A model generated the notes under the pieces. The model did no database searches, had not been told where the DNA came from, and saw only the letters and a list, made by a program, of their open reading frames with translations. From NCBI GenBank assembly GCA_041674765.1, contig JBAYVE010000003.1, positions 66,040-130,039 of the forward strand: DNA of 64,000 nt. Direction: 5' to 3'. The number at the start of each line of letters is the position of its first letter. Within the stretch, counting starts at the first letter, position 1. The stretch is from Patescibacteria group bacterium. GTDB lineage: Bacteria > Patescibacteriota > UBA1384 > XYA2-FULL-43-10 > 1-14-0-10-43-13. Shown in pieces: positions 1 to 9,799 of the stretch. Both the position numbers and the translations under genes were made by a program.

Positions 1-738
1 ACCGTCGATAACTACAACTGTATGCTCGAAATGAGCGGCGATTGAATTGTCAGCGCTTTGAACCGTCCAACGATTCGGATGAACAGAAGTTTCGCCTGCA
101 CCCAGAGTCAGCATCGGCTCTATTGCCAAAGCCATACCTTCCTCTATCACAGGACCGGTATTTTGAGTACCAAAATTTGGAATTTGAGGCTGAACGTGCA
201 CGCCGGTTCCAACTCCATGACCGACATAATCACGAACTATTCCAAGACCCTTTGATAGCGCATATTTTTCGATGCTGTAACCGATATCTCCGATATGATT
301 TCCGGCTTTGACTTGTGAGATTCCTTGATTTAGGGCCTCTTTGGTGCTCTCAATCAGAATTTTCACATCCTCCGACACTGGGCCGACAGTAACAGTAATT
401 GCCATATCCGTGAATACTCCCTTATATTCAGCGCCCAAATCGAGTGAAACAACATCCGCTTCTCGAAGTATACGTTCGCTAGAGGGCAGCCCGTGAACAA
501 TTTCATTATTTACAGAGACACAGAGTGAAAAAGGAAACTCGCCGGCTCCCGGGACATAGTAATTTTTGAAGGCAGGACGGCAGCCATGTGTTAGGAGGTA
601 TTCTTCTGCAAGCGCGTCTAAAGAAAGTGTGTCAACGCCCGCTCTACAGAAATCTGCAGCCTTATGGATCGCTTCAGAAAGAATGCGGCCACAAACTTTG
701 ATATCATCAATTTGTTTTTTGTTAAGTATATTTTCCAT
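1..738 (-). CDS. map: Methionine aminopeptidase type I; the C-terminal part runs off the window edge.
   Basis: The minus frame from the ATG at 736-738 translates MENILNKKQIDDIKVCGRILSEAIHKAADF...GHGVGTGVHVQP...AIEPM, a MetAP fold. Its start overlaps the adk stop (TAATG), and it is the canonical secY-adk-map neighbour. Confidence 0.85.
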   Translation of the reverse strand, partial: MENILNKKQIDDIKVCGRILSEAIHKAADFCRAGVDTLSLDALAEEYLLTHGCRPAFKNYYVPGAGEFPFSLCVSVNNEIVHGLPSSERILREADVVSLDLGAEYKGVFTDMAITVTVGPVSEDVKILIESTKEALNQGISQVKAGNHIGDIGYSIEKYALSKGLGIVRDYVGHGVGTGVHVQPQIPNFGTQNTGPVIEEGMALAIEPMLTLGAGETSVHPNRWTVQSADNSIAAHFEHTVVVIDG

Positions 739-1376
739 TAAATTCTCATATCAATCTCTACTGTTACCTTCTCAACTGGCTCGTTGCCGTTGATTTCAAT
801 AATATCAATGTTATTTTCCCGATAGAATGAAAGGACCTCTTCGATAACAGGTATATTATAACTCATCCTTTCACGCATAATTTCGACGGTATCGTCGGTA
901 CGGCTGATCAATTTACCGCCACATTTTTCACATAATTCTAATTCGGTGCTTGCATAAATTGCGCTACATTTTCCGCAAATCTTTCTGGAAAGCGCGCGTT
1001 TGATTGCTTTTTCAGGATCAACTTTGATATAGATGATCTTCAAATTGTTGAGATCGTTGGCTAGATATTCGATCAGGAACTTAGCTTGTCCTTTACTCAG
1101 CGGGAAATTATCAAAAATAATATCTTCTTGATGAGAGTCCAAATAGTCACTGGCTAATTTTACGGCAACTTCATCGGGCTGTGGGATGCCTTTTTCATAA
1201 CGGTCTTTTACAGACGCAACAAAACTATCATCAGGGTTCCCCTCATTTATTATTTGACGCACGAGGCCACCCACTCCGATAATCTTTTCAATATTTAGTT
1301 TTTGGGCCAGAATTTCAGCCTGAGTGCCTTTGCCAGAGGCTGGCAAGCCTAAAAATGAGTAAATGTGTCTATCCAT
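738..1376 (-). CDS. adk: Adenylate kinase with a zinc-binding LID (CGKC...CEKCGG).
   Basis: P-loop GLPASGKGTQ, a four-Cys lid, 212 aa, and it lies directly after secY. Confidence 0.92.
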   Translation of the reverse strand: MDRHIYSFLGLPASGKGTQAEILAQKLNIEKIIGVGGLVRQIINEGNPDDSFVASVKDRYEKGIPQPDEVAVKLASDYLDSHQEDIIFDNFPLSKGQAKFLIEYLANDLNNLKIIYIKVDPEKAIKRALSRKICGKCSAIYASTELELCEKCGGKLISRTDDTVEIMRERMSYNIPVIEEVLSFYRENNIDIIEINGNEPVEKVTVEIDMRI

Positions 1377-1387
1377 AGTATTATTTC

Positions 1388-2662
1388 TTAATATCTTTCA
1401 TATGTGTGCATCGACATCTGCGATTGAACCTGACGCATCGTTTCGATTACAACCGAAACAATAATCAAAATGCCTGTGCCACCCAATGTCAGCGTCGTAA
1501 TGTTTGTTATGGATTGGACAACGAAGGGCAACACAGCAATCAATCCTAAAAATAGAGCCCCTACAAGAGTGATTCTTGTTACAACCAATTTCACAAAGTC
1601 TTTCGTTTCCGTGCCTGGACGAATGCCAGGTATAAAACCACTTTGTTTCTGGAGATTTTCAGCAATTTGACTTGGCTTGAATACAATGCTGGTATAAAAG
1701 AAGGTAAACAGTATTACCAATATGAAATATGTAACAGCGTAAAAAGTATGATTATTGTTAAAAAGATCTGAAGTGTATTTGGCGGCATTTGCAAGCCAAA
1801 CTGTCTTTGCACTTTCAAGGTATTTCCCGATGACACCAGGTACAACCAAGATGCTCATAGCAAAGATGATCGGTATTACACCGGCGATATTTACCCTGAT
1901 CGGCAGATTACTGCTATACCCAGCATTTGCGCCAGAACGCATTTTTCTGGCATAAGTAACAGGAATATTCCGTTGTCCTTCTTGAATAAAAACAATCGCT
2001 GCCGTAACGCCGATAAAAAGTAAGAGGAAACTAATAGCGCCGATAATCTTGCCCGTATCACCTGATTGGACAAGCAGAACAGTGTTTCTGATTTGATCCG
2101 GAAAACCTGAAACAATACCTAATGCAATGATTAATGAAATGCCGTTACCAATCCCCTTTTCTGAGATAATCTCACCTATCCACATCAATAGCATCGTTCC
2201 AGCTGTAACGGAGATTAACATCAGAGAAAGGTCATAAATGCTCCACGTAGGAATGATGCCCTGGTTCCGAAGTAGTATAAGCATGCTGTAGGCCTGAAGA
2301 ACTGCCAGCGGAACAGTCGCCAGACGAGTGTATTGGGTTATTTTATGCTTTCCTGATTCCCCTTCTTTCTGCATCTCCTCAAGAGAAGGGACAATCATCG
2401 CGAGAAGTTGGAAGATGATTGAAGCCGTGATATAGGGACCGACACCCATCAGGATAATTGAAAAATTACTCATTGTTCCGCCAGAAAACATATTCAGAAA
2501 ACCAAAAACTTGGTTTTGGCTGAAGAATTCTTGCAATCTGGCCAAATCAACTCCTGGCAATGGAATATGGGCCAATACTCTGGTTAGCAGCAAAAGAGAG
2601 ACAGCAACAATAATCTTGTTCCGCAAATCCTTGTATTCCCAAATTTTCAGTAGTCTGTCCAT
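1388..2662 (-). CDS. secY: Preprotein translocase subunit SecY.
   Basis: 424-aa polytopic membrane protein with SecY-like helices, in the canonical position before adk. Confidence 0.9.
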   Translation of the reverse strand: MDRLLKIWEYKDLRNKIIVAVSLLLLTRVLAHIPLPGVDLARLQEFFSQNQVFGFLNMFSGGTMSNFSIILMGVGPYITASIIFQLLAMIVPSLEEMQKEGESGKHKITQYTRLATVPLAVLQAYSMLILLRNQGIIPTWSIYDLSLMLISVTAGTMLLMWIGEIISEKGIGNGISLIIALGIVSGFPDQIRNTVLLVQSGDTGKIIGAISFLLLFIGVTAAIVFIQEGQRNIPVTYARKMRSGANAGYSSNLPIRVNIAGVIPIIFAMSILVVPGVIGKYLESAKTVWLANAAKYTSDLFNNNHTFYAVTYFILVILFTFFYTSIVFKPSQIAENLQKQSGFIPGIRPGTETKDFVKLVVTRITLVGALFLGLIAVLPFVVQSITNITTLTLGGTGILIIVSVVIETMRQVQSQMSMHTYERY

Positions 2663-2795
2663 TTATTTGACTATAACTTATTTTCCGCTCGAAATCAACG
2701 AAAAATTGCACTCATTTTTGAGATAAACAATAAGTTCGCAGGTTGATGTTTGTATCTTTTTACAAAAACTATTTTTACCTGACGATTAGGCTAAA

Positions 2796-3185
2796 TTACT
2801 CTTGAATGCCATCAATCGTTTCTCCGGATTTGACTCCCCCAATCAGCCCTCTTTCTCTGAGCTCCAACACTATGGCATTGAAGTAAGCAGGTCTGGTATG
2901 CCAAACATTCACGTCGCTCTCATTCACGCGGGAAATTAACTGATTATTTGAATCCTCGGAAAGGTGTAAATCACTACGCAATGTCTGGGATTGACGAATC
3001 AAACCAGGAGTTGTCTTTATCATACTTGCGAGCGATTTCAAAAGCTCCGCAATTTTCGAACTGTCCAAGTAAACTTTTGGTTCAACATCGACCGGCTTTT
3101 GAGTAGCAAATGCGAGACTAGAAAAGTCCCTATTATCATCGCTTGGAGTCTCAACTCTCGGCCGCAAAACAAATTTCTCATTCAT
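2796..3185 (-). CDS. Hypothetical protein, possibly with a C-terminal winged-helix.
   Basis: 129-aa ORF with no clear family; the C-terminus FNAIVLELRERGLIGG looks like a wHTH. Confidence 0.5.
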   Translation of the reverse strand: MNEKFVLRPRVETPSDDNRDFSSLAFATQKPVDVEPKVYLDSSKIAELLKSLASMIKTTPGLIRQSQTLRSDLHLSEDSNNQLISRVNESDVNVWHTRPAYFNAIVLELRERGLIGGVKSGETIDGIQE

Positions 3186-3315
3186 GTTTTCCCTTGTCTA
3201 TTTTTCTAGTAACTCTATTCTATCTCAAAGCGGCGAATAATAAAAAATTGTTACATGTTATGGTGATAAATGTGCGGTAAAGGAATATTTTATTAGGGTA
3301 ATAAGCAGGAGAACT

Positions 3316-3750
3316 ATGCAAAAATTTAAAGTAATGGTGAGGGCTATTATTATTTTGGGGCATCCCGACCAGTTGCTCCTTTATCGCAAGAAAGGGTCAG
3401 ACATCTATTTTCTCCCCGGGGTCGATATCGAACCAGGCAAACAGGCGACGGAATGCCTTGCAAATTATCTCAGAGAAAAATTAATGATTTCGCCTGGAAA
3501 ATTTTATTTTGTTGGAACGATGGAGCATATAGCTGGCACCGAACATATTTACACGCTCTTTTTCAAAGCAGATGAATTTGGAAGTTATCTCGAATTGCCT
3601 CAAACAGGTCTAGAGGTTTTCGAATGGAAAATGTTGCCGCTTGAACAAAATGTGAAATTAGAACCCAAATATTTGAAAGAAGATCTTTCTAGGTGGCTGA
3701 AAGGGAAAGAGATTTTCCTCTCAACAAAGGATAAGGCTTTCTCGGCATAA
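3316..3750 (+). CDS. Nudix-fold hydrolase-like protein with a degenerate Nudix box.
   Basis: PGVDIEPGKQATECLANYLREKL approximates GX5EX7REUXEE but lacks the EE pair. An AGGAGAA ribosome-binding site precedes the ATG. Confidence 0.6.
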   Translation: MQKFKVMVRAIIILGHPDQLLLYRKKGSDIYFLPGVDIEPGKQATECLANYLREKLMISPGKFYFVGTMEHIAGTEHIYTLFFKADEFGSYLELPQTGLEVFEWKMLPLEQNVKLEPKYLKEDLSRWLKGKEIFLSTKDKAFSA

Positions 3751-3813
3751 TTAAAGAGTCAACTATAAACTAAATGGCAAGAAAACAAAAAAGAGTTGTT
3801 TCTGCCAGCCTTT

Positions 3814-3844
3814 GTAAACGCCCCACCCCCCATGGGGTGTTTAC
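3814..3844. terminator. Stem-loop GTAAACGCCCCA..GGGGTGTTTAC in a convergent intergenic region.
   Basis: Inverted repeat read from the sequence. Confidence 0.5.
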
Positions 3845-3846
3845 AA

Positions 3847-3873
3847 AAATTACTCTCGAATTGAGAGTAATTT
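3847..3873. terminator. Perfect palindrome AAATTACTCTC-GAATT-GAGAGTAATTT flanked by A and T runs (bidirectional terminator).
   Basis: Perfect 9-bp stem with T-runs on both strands, 97 nt after the Nudix-like gene. Confidence 0.7.
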
Positions 3874-3917
3874 TTGTGCTACCTCTTAGCTCAAATAATT
3901 GAGATAAAAGGAGCGGT

Positions 3918-3941
3918 GGAAACGGGTGTGAACCCGTTTCC
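3918..3941. terminator. Hairpin GGAAACGGGT-GTGA-ACCCGTTTCC downstream of the minus-strand gene 3968..4330.
   Basis: Perfect 10-bp stem. Confidence 0.55.
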
Positions 3942-3967
3942 TGAAACCTCCTGTTTCCCGCTTCATC

Positions 3968-4330
3968 TTAGGATCGGCCAAATCCGCAGGGATTCGCGCT
4001 GAATTCCCTATAGATTTTGATGGCAGTCTGTATCGACGGACTAATCTGGGTAATCGTAACCAACTGATCAGTACCAGTCACTTCGATCTTTGATTTTCCA
4101 GAGTGCCGGAATCCAAGCGGACATGGCGTAAATGGATACTGCGCGCTGACAAAGCGCACAACGTTGTTGGGAATCATCCCTAACACAGGATCGAGCCACG
4201 AACCAACAGGGATGAAATCCATCCCCGCGTCTTTGTCATGATTAGTGGTCACATTGCCAATCATGCCATCCATGGCAAGCTGAGAGAGGACTGTCATCCA
4301 TCCGGGGTAAAGATAAATACGGATCGTCAT
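3968..4330 (-). CDS. Hypothetical protein; start set at the internal Met that follows a GGAAAGGGGAA ribosome-binding site.
   Basis: The ORF is in the six-frame track. The better start is MTIRIY at 4330. No recognisable motif. Confidence 0.45.
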   Translation of the reverse strand: MTIRIYLYPGWMTVLSQLAMDGMIGNVTTNHDKDAGMDFIPVGSWLDPVLGMIPNNVVRFVSAQYPFTPCPLGFRHSGKSKIEVTGTDQLVTITQISPSIQTAIKIYREFSANPCGFGRS

Positions 4331-4483
4331 GGTATTCCCCTTTCCGTTCAAGGCTCATGCAAATAATCAAGTATTTGTCAGGCCTTTGATACGGTGAGAT
4401 AGATATATCATAACATCAGTTATAACCTTTGTCAATAATTTTTATGCTTAAGGTGTCATCTTAAGCTCTTTGAGCTTTCCTGA

Positions 4484-4517
4484 GGTTGATATAAAAAATC
4501 ACTCTCGATTCGAGGGT
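4484..4517 (-). terminator. Intrinsic terminator after rplO (ATCACTCTCG..CGAGGGTGAT followed by a T-run).
   Basis: Stem-loop plus TTTTTT on both strands immediately downstream of the rplO stop. Confidence 0.7.
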
Positions 4518-4582
4518 GATTTTTTATAAAGAGATTCTTTGCTTACGCTCAGAATTACAGTTCTATGTAGATAAACAATATT

Positions 4583-5116
4583 TTATTCAGCTTTTTTCTT
4601 TGGAGCAGATTTCTTGGCTACGGTCTTCTTCTCGACTAGTTTCTCGGCTACTACTGCCTCTTCGGTTTTTACTTCAGCGGGTTTATTTTCAGCTTTTGGC
4701 TTTTCGCTTTTGACTTCAGTGAATAGCGCCCTGACGGGGCCTGAGACTCTAACCCCAACACCCAATTCAACTTTTACAGTCAAGGTGCCGTTGCTTAAGA
4801 TCTTCGGAGTCTGACGTCGTGTAACCAATCCTTTTTCTACTAAAGTTGTCTTGGAAACCGTATCTCCGTCCTTGAAAGCTTGAGATATTTGGTCCAGAGA
4901 AACTACTTCATTCTTCGCCTTATGAGATTTGAAGCCAGGAAGTTTTGGTAATCTCATCGAAAGAGGAGTCTGACCACCTTCAAAACGGTTTGGCAAGTTG
5001 TAGCCACTGCGGGATTTTTGACCCTTAGTACCACGTCCGGCCGTTTTGCCACCGCCAGCAGAGATACCCCTGCCGATGCGTTTTCTATTTTTTGTTTGTA
5101 CTGATTCTAATTTCAT
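4583..5116 (-). CDS. rplO: 50S ribosomal protein L15 with a K/A/E-rich C-terminal tail.
   Basis: RIGRGISAGGGKTAGRGTKGQKSR motif, in the canonical position. 177 aa against roughly 145 typical. Confidence 0.92.
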   Translation of the reverse strand: MKLESVQTKNRKRIGRGISAGGGKTAGRGTKGQKSRSGYNLPNRFEGGQTPLSMRLPKLPGFKSHKAKNEVVSLDQISQAFKDGDTVSKTTLVEKGLVTRRQTPKILSNGTLTVKVELGVGVRVSGPVRALFTEVKSEKPKAENKPAEVKTEEAVVAEKLVEKKTVAKKSAPKKKAE

Positions 5117-5160
5117 TTGAAACCTAATGTCTAATTGTTCTAATTAATCGAATCTTTTGA
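5117..5160 (-). promoter_or_regulatory. Copy 1 of a conserved leader motif (TTCGATtAATTAGAACAATTAGACATTAGGTTTCAA-ATG) directly upstream of rplO.
   Basis: Shared with three other copies at 9661, 10852 and 20270. It has a -35-like TTCGAT, a 17-nt spacer and a -10-like (T/C)ATTAG. Confidence 0.5.
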
Positions 5161-5197
5161 ATTATCTATTGGATTTATTGATTCGATATTTGGCTGT

Positions 5198-5875
5198 CTA
5201 TTTTTTCTTTGCTGCCTTCTTCACGGCTGCTTTACTCTTTACCGCCTTGATTTCTTCTTTTGTCTCTACTGCCGGAGCTTCCTCAACCGGAGCTTCTGTA
5301 ACTTTCACCGCAGTTTTTTTGTCAGCATATTTTTGAACGGTCTTTGTATATTCAGGATTGAATGAGGATAAGGCTTTTAAAGTAGCAAGTACATTGTTTA
5401 CTTTGTTGGCACTACCTAGCATCTTTGAAAGTAGGTCGGAAATCCCTGCAAGGTCAGCAACAGCACGAACACTTCCACCGGCAACGATTGAAGTACCGGA
5501 TGCTGCAGGTCTAAGCATTACGACAGCCGAACCATATTTGGCAGTAATTTCATAAGGAATGGTACCATCAATAATTGGTATAACCACAAGACTTCTCTTT
5601 GCCCGAGTTACAGCTTTTTTTACTGCTTCAGAAACATCATTCGCTTTTGCTACGCCCATTCCCACTTTACCTTTGCGGTTTCCAATTACAACAAGCGCGC
5701 GGAAACGGATACGTCTTCCACCTTTTACAGTTCTGGCAACCCGACGAACTTCGATGACGCGTTCTTCAAACTCCGACAGCTCTCTTCGATCCCCATCAAA
5801 ACGCTTTGGACGCATAAAGTTTTTACTTGGTCGCTCTGTTGATTCTGTTGTTGTTGCTTGTTTTTGGATAGCCAT
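5198..5875 (-). CDS. rpsE: 30S ribosomal protein S5 with N- and C-terminal extensions.
   Basis: GGRRIRFRALVVIGNRKGKVGMGVAKANDV core in a 225-aa protein. Confidence 0.92.
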   Translation of the reverse strand: MAIQKQATTTESTERPSKNFMRPKRFDGDRRELSEFEERVIEVRRVARTVKGGRRIRFRALVVIGNRKGKVGMGVAKANDVSEAVKKAVTRAKRSLVVIPIIDGTIPYEITAKYGSAVVMLRPAASGTSIVAGGSVRAVADLAGISDLLSKMLGSANKVNNVLATLKALSSFNPEYTKTVQKYADKKTAVKVTEAPVEEAPAVETKEEIKAVKSKAAVKKAAKKK

Positions 5876-5893
5876 AAATAAATCCTTAGTATA

Positions 5894-6199
5894 TTAAATC
5901 GTGACGCCGGCGTCCCGGATACCATCGGCGAAGGCCTTCACCTGACCATGATAACGGTAACCATTTCTATCGAATACAAGACTGCCAATCTTTTTTTCTG
6001 TAATTTTGGCGCCGAGAATTCTCCCAGCTTCAAATGCTTTCTCAGTTGGTTTGCCGGTCTTTACAATTTGGCTCGAAACCGAAAACAGAGTTTTGCCTGC
6101 AACATCATCAATCACCTGACCGGAGATGAATCTGTTTGAACGATAAACCGATACTCTCGGTTTATCTTTTGTACCATTGATTTTAACTGATTTTGACAT
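5894..6199 (-). CDS. rplR: 50S ribosomal protein L18.
   Basis: 101 aa with a PRVSVYRSNRFISGQVIDD motif, in operon order. Confidence 0.9.
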   Translation of the reverse strand: MSKSVKINGTKDKPRVSVYRSNRFISGQVIDDVAGKTLFSVSSQIVKTGKPTEKAFEAGRILGAKITEKKIGSLVFDRNGYRYHGQVKAFADGIRDAGVTI

Positions 6200-6222
6200 T
6201 TTATCCTTGTAGCGAAATAATA

Positions 6223-6762
6223 TTATTTAGAAGCAGCAGTTTTACCGGCTTTTCTTCTGATATGTTCATCTTTGTATTTAATACCTTTGCCTTTATAGAC
6301 TTCCGGCGGTCGAACTTCTCGGACTACAGCCGCAAATTGTCCAACACTACTTTTGTCCATACCTGAAATCTGAATAGTATTCTTCACAACCTTGACCTCG
6401 AGTCCCTGAGGAATCGCTAACCTAATCTCATGTGAGTAGCCCATATTTAAGACAAGTTCGTTGCCTGAAATTGCTGCCCGATAGCCAGTACCTGTGAAAG
6501 TTAACTCTTTAAGGAAACCTTCTTTTACTCCGTGAATAATATTTGATATAAGACGGGCATAAAGACCATGGAGCGATCTGGCAACTTTTGTGTCGTTGGC
6601 TCTGCTAACCTGTATATTTCCATCCTCAACAGAAGCACCGATTTCTCGAGGAAGAGTCAATTCTGAAGTTTTGCCGTTAAAAGAAGCGCTGATATTTTGA
6701 TCGGCGATTTTAATCTCGACACCTTCTTCAATTTTTATTGGTCTTTTACCTATTTTTGACAT
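6223..6762 (-). CDS. rplF: 50S ribosomal protein L6.
   Basis: 179 aa with an MSKIGKRPIKI start and a two-domain L6 pattern. Confidence 0.9.
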   Translation of the reverse strand: MSKIGKRPIKIEEGVEIKIADQNISASFNGKTSELTLPREIGASVEDGNIQVSRANDTKVARSLHGLYARLISNIIHGVKEGFLKELTFTGTGYRAAISGNELVLNMGYSHEIRLAIPQGLEVKVVKNTIQISGMDKSSVGQFAAVVREVRPPEVYKGKGIKYKDEHIRRKAGKTAASK

Positions 6763-6809
6763 AATTACCTTTTATTCGTTTATTTGTATGATTCGTAATC
6801 TGTTTTGGA

Positions 6810-7193
6810 TTACCATATTTCGCAGATTAATTCCCCGCCAAAACCGCCTTTTCGAGCTTCTTTGCCAGTAATAACCCCTTTGGAGGTGGAAATTACGACA
6901 GTCCCAAGTCCTCGAAGAGGCATAGGGATTTCGGCATTCTTTGCGTATACTCTTCGTCCCGGTTTGCTGATTTGTTTCAAATGGCTTGGGGTTTTTGTCC
7001 TAGAAATAATGACAGTAAGGGTAGATTTACCGTTGTCCTTGTCTGCCACCATCTCATAGCTTTGAATAAAACCTTCAGCTTTTAGAATATTCAAAATAGC
7101 TTCCTTCATCTTTGAATATGGAAGAGTTATCTCGTATTTACCGATTGCACTCGAGTTTTTGATTCTGGTTAATAAGTCTGCTATTTGATCCAT
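6810..7193 (-). CDS. rpsH: 30S ribosomal protein S8.
   Basis: 127 aa with MDQIADLLTRIKN and an S8 C-terminus, in order. Confidence 0.9.
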   Translation of the reverse strand: MDQIADLLTRIKNSSAIGKYEITLPYSKMKEAILNILKAEGFIQSYEMVADKDNGKSTLTVIISRTKTPSHLKQISKPGRRVYAKNAEIPMPLRGLGTVVISTSKGVITGKEARKGGFGGELICEIW

Positions 7194-7228
7194 TTTTTTC
7201 CTCTATTTTGTAATATTCCGAAAAACTT

Positions 7229-7414
7229 TTACCAACTTGATTTAACAACTCCTGGAATTTCTCCCTTGGAAGCAAGCTCCCGGAAGCAAATTCTGCAGAG
7301 TGCAAACTTTCTAATATAAGCATGTTTGCGGCCGCAGCTTTTGCATCGGTTGATTGTTCTTGTTGAATATTTTGGCGTTTTCAGCGCCTTTAATATCATT
7401 GATTTTTTTGCCAT
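7229..7414 (-). CDS. rpsZ: 30S ribosomal protein S14 type Z (zinc-binding).
   Basis: 61 aa with CKSCGRK...CRIC, between rplE and rpsH. Confidence 0.9.
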   Translation of the reverse strand: MAKKSMILKALKTPKYSTRTINRCKSCGRKHAYIRKFALCRICFRELASKGEIPGVVKSSW

Positions 7415-7423
7415 TTTTGCTCC

Positions 7424-7966
7424 TTATTCCTTTGCAAACGGAAAACCTAGCTTATGAAGTAACACCCTGGCCTCGTCTTTGCTCTTTGCCGTAGTCTTTA
7501 TATTTATCTGTAAGCCGAAATTAACGGATATCTCTTCGTATTTAACTTCCGGAAAGATAGAATAATCTCTGATACCGACAGAGTAATTGCCCTGATCGTC
7601 AAAAGCTTTTGTCGACAGACCTCTGAAGTCACGGACCCGAGGCAAGGCAACATTTACAAGCTTCTCGATAAAGTCGTACATTCTGACATTTCGAAGAGTA
7701 ACTGTAACTCCAACTGGCTGGCCAATTCTGAGTTTAAAGGCAGAGACTGCTTTTCTGGCGTGATTGATTTTCGGTTTCTGACCGGCAATTCTGGAAATTT
7801 CCCCAGAAATTTTTTCAACGGCATTTTTGTCTTCCTTAAAATCACCAATTCCTGAAGAAATAACTATTTTGGTAATTCTCGGTACATCCAAATCATTCTT
7901 TTTCGAAAGTTCTTTTTTGAGCTCCGGCAAAATAACTTTGTTGAATTTTTCAGCTAATTTTTCCAT
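7424..7966 (-). CDS. rplE: 50S ribosomal protein L5.
   Basis: 180 aa in the canonical position after rplX. Confidence 0.9.
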   Translation of the reverse strand: MEKLAEKFNKVILPELKKELSKKNDLDVPRITKIVISSGIGDFKEDKNAVEKISGEISRIAGQKPKINHARKAVSAFKLRIGQPVGVTVTLRNVRMYDFIEKLVNVALPRVRDFRGLSTKAFDDQGNYSVGIRDYSIFPEVKYEEISVNFGLQINIKTTAKSKDEARVLLHKLGFPFAKE

Positions 7967-8286
7967 TATTTATTTCCACCTTCTAAACTTTGACCGCATT
8001 TTTTGCAAATTCGAAGTTTGCCTTTTTCGGTCAGTTTATATCCAATCTTTGTTAACTTGCCACAATTGGCGCAAACAATCATCATCTTCGAAACATCAAC
8101 TTTCTGATTGATTTCGATTATTCCGCCCTGTGGGTTTTTCTTTGACGGCTTAACATGTTTTTTTGCCAATGCGATACCTTTGACAACGACCTTTCCTTCG
8201 GTCGGAAAGACACGTTCAATAACTCCGGACTTTCCCTTGTCCTTGCCTGCTATGATTGCTACGTTGTCATTTTTCTTTAATTTCAT
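7966..8286 (-). CDS. rplX: 50S ribosomal protein L24 with a C-terminal Cys4 (CANCGK...CKKCG) module.
   Basis: KOW motif IIAGKDKGKSG and the canonical position. Four Cys replace the usual non-Cys C-terminus. Confidence 0.9.
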   Translation of the reverse strand: MKLKKNDNVAIIAGKDKGKSGVIERVFPTEGKVVVKGIALAKKHVKPSKKNPQGGIIEINQKVDVSKMMIVCANCGKLTKIGYKLTEKGKLRICKKCGQSLEGGNK

Positions 8287-8329
8287 GATATTGTTTGCTT
8301 TATAAACTTTATAAACTTTTAACTTTGAT

Positions 8330-8695
8330 CTAAAGAACCTCTGGCGCTAATGAAATAATTTTCATATAGCCTGCGCGCAACTCACGAGGGATTGGTCCGA
8401 AAATTCTGGTACCGCGTGGCTCTTTGTTGGTATCTATAATGACTGCTGCATTCTCAGAGAAGCTAATATATGAGCCATCTTCTCTGGAAATGGGCTTGAC
8501 CTGACGGACGACCACAGCTTTAACAACCTCTTTTTTCTTAACGGTGCCTCTTGGTAGCGCATCTTTGACTGAGGCTGAAATGATATCACCGACCTCGGCG
8601 CCGTCTCTTTTGGCACGCCCAAGAACAGTGATGCATTCTATCTCTTTTGCACCGGTGTTGTCTGCAACTTTTAATCTTGTACCTGGCTGAATCAT
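8330..8695 (-). CDS. rplN: 50S ribosomal protein L14.
   Basis: [18 protein letters not shown] start, 121 aa. Confidence 0.93.
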   Translation of the reverse strand: MIQPGTRLKVADNTGAKEIECITVLGRAKRDGAEVGDIISASVKDALPRGTVKKKEVVKAVVVRQVKPISREDGSYISFSENAAVIIDTNKEPRGTRIFGPIPRELRAGYMKIISLAPEVL

Positions 8696-8940
8696 TATTT
8701 AACCTTCTTTAACACTGAAAAGTTTTTATCCTTCGAGATTGGTTTTGTTTCAACTATTTCAACAATCTCGCCGGTCTTATATTCATTCTTTTCGTCATGA
8801 GCCTTGAATTTCTGGCTTGTAACGTATTTCTTCTTATAAATAGGATGAGTTTTGACAGAATCTATTCTAACGACAACTGTCTTGTCCATCTTATCGGAAA
8901 CAACTTCGCCTGTTCTGATTTTTTGATTGCTTTTTGTCAT
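8695..8940 (-). CDS. rpsQ: 30S ribosomal protein S17.
   Basis: 81 aa, OB-fold pattern, in order. Confidence 0.88.
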   Translation of the reverse strand: MTKSNQKIRTGEVVSDKMDKTVVVRIDSVKTHPIYKKKYVTSQKFKAHDEKNEYKTGEIVEIVETKPISKDKNFSVLKKVK

Positions 8941-9146
8941 TATATCTCCAAACTCTTTTCACTAATTATCGTTTTTACTCTGGCTATATCTTTGCGCACT
9001 TTGGTAATTTCGGAGTAATTATCAAGTTTACCTGCCTTAACACGAAGATTGTCACCAGAAAGCTTCTTCTCCAAAACAATCAGCTCAGTTAAAAGCTTTT
9101 CTATACTCATCTCACGATAATTTTTTAATTTTTCAATCGATTTCAT
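8940..9146 (-). CDS. rpmC: 50S ribosomal protein L29.
   Basis: 68 aa, helical, between rplP and rpsQ. Confidence 0.85.
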   Translation of the reverse strand: MKSIEKLKNYREMSIEKLLTELIVLEKKLSGDNLRVKAGKLDNYSEITKVRKDIARVKTIISEKSLEI

Positions 9147-9243
9147 ATTGTTCTTCGATACTAATAACTAATGTAACCAATGGAGCGAATTAAAGAAATT
9201 TGACTATTCGTTTTATTTGCTTTATTCGTTATTCGTTCTGTCG

Positions 9244-9654
9244 CTATTCTTCTTTACTGATGAATTTAGTCTTTAATGGAATTTTGTGCTCTGCTAATCT
9301 CATGGCTTCCTTTGCAATATCGTGAGGAACACCATCCATCTCAAAGAGAATTCTACCTGGACGAATAACAGCAACAAAATGATCGACTGCACCTTTTCCC
9401 GACCCCATTGGAACTTCTGGTGAAGTGGACGTCACCGGCTTATCAGGGAAAACTCTGATCCAGATCTGACCGCCACGCTTGATATAACGAGTCATTGCAC
9501 GTCTAGCGGCTTCGATCGAACGAGCAGAAATCCAACCCGGCTCCATCGCCTTGATACCAAACTTGCCAAAAGCAAAATCATTTCCACGGCTAGCAAGCCC
9601 ACGCATATCACCGCGCTGCTGCTTTCTGTATTTCATTTTCTTTGGCATTAACAT
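9244..9654 (-). CDS. rplP: 50S ribosomal protein L16.
   Basis: [15 protein letters not shown] start, 136 aa. Confidence 0.93.
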   Translation of the reverse strand: MLMPKKMKYRKQQRGDMRGLASRGNDFAFGKFGIKAMEPGWISARSIEAARRAMTRYIKRGGQIWIRVFPDKPVTSTSPEVPMGSGKGAVDHFVAVIRPGRILFEMDGVPHDIAKEAMRLAEHKIPLKTKFISKEE

Positions 9655-9660
9655 ATATTC

Positions 9661-9710
9661 AATTCCAATTTCTAACTGTTCTAATTGTTCTAATTGACCT
9701 AAACAAATCT
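9661..9710 (-). promoter_or_regulatory. Copy 2 of the conserved leader motif (GGTCAATTAGAACAATTAGAACAGTTAGAAATTGG), about 20 nt upstream of the rplP ATG.
   Basis: Sequence match to the copies at 5117, 10852 and 20270. Confidence 0.45.
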
Positions 9711-9799
9711 CAAATCTTTAATCTCTAATCGGATAATTTAGTATTTGGTTCTTGTTTAGGTTAACTAGTAATTAGGTTAATTAGATTAATTTATTTTTG

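Noticed and set aside
42-311. Plus-strand ORFs 42..311 and 58..255.
   Set aside because: They lie antisense to, and entirely within, the clear map (methionine aminopeptidase) reading frame.
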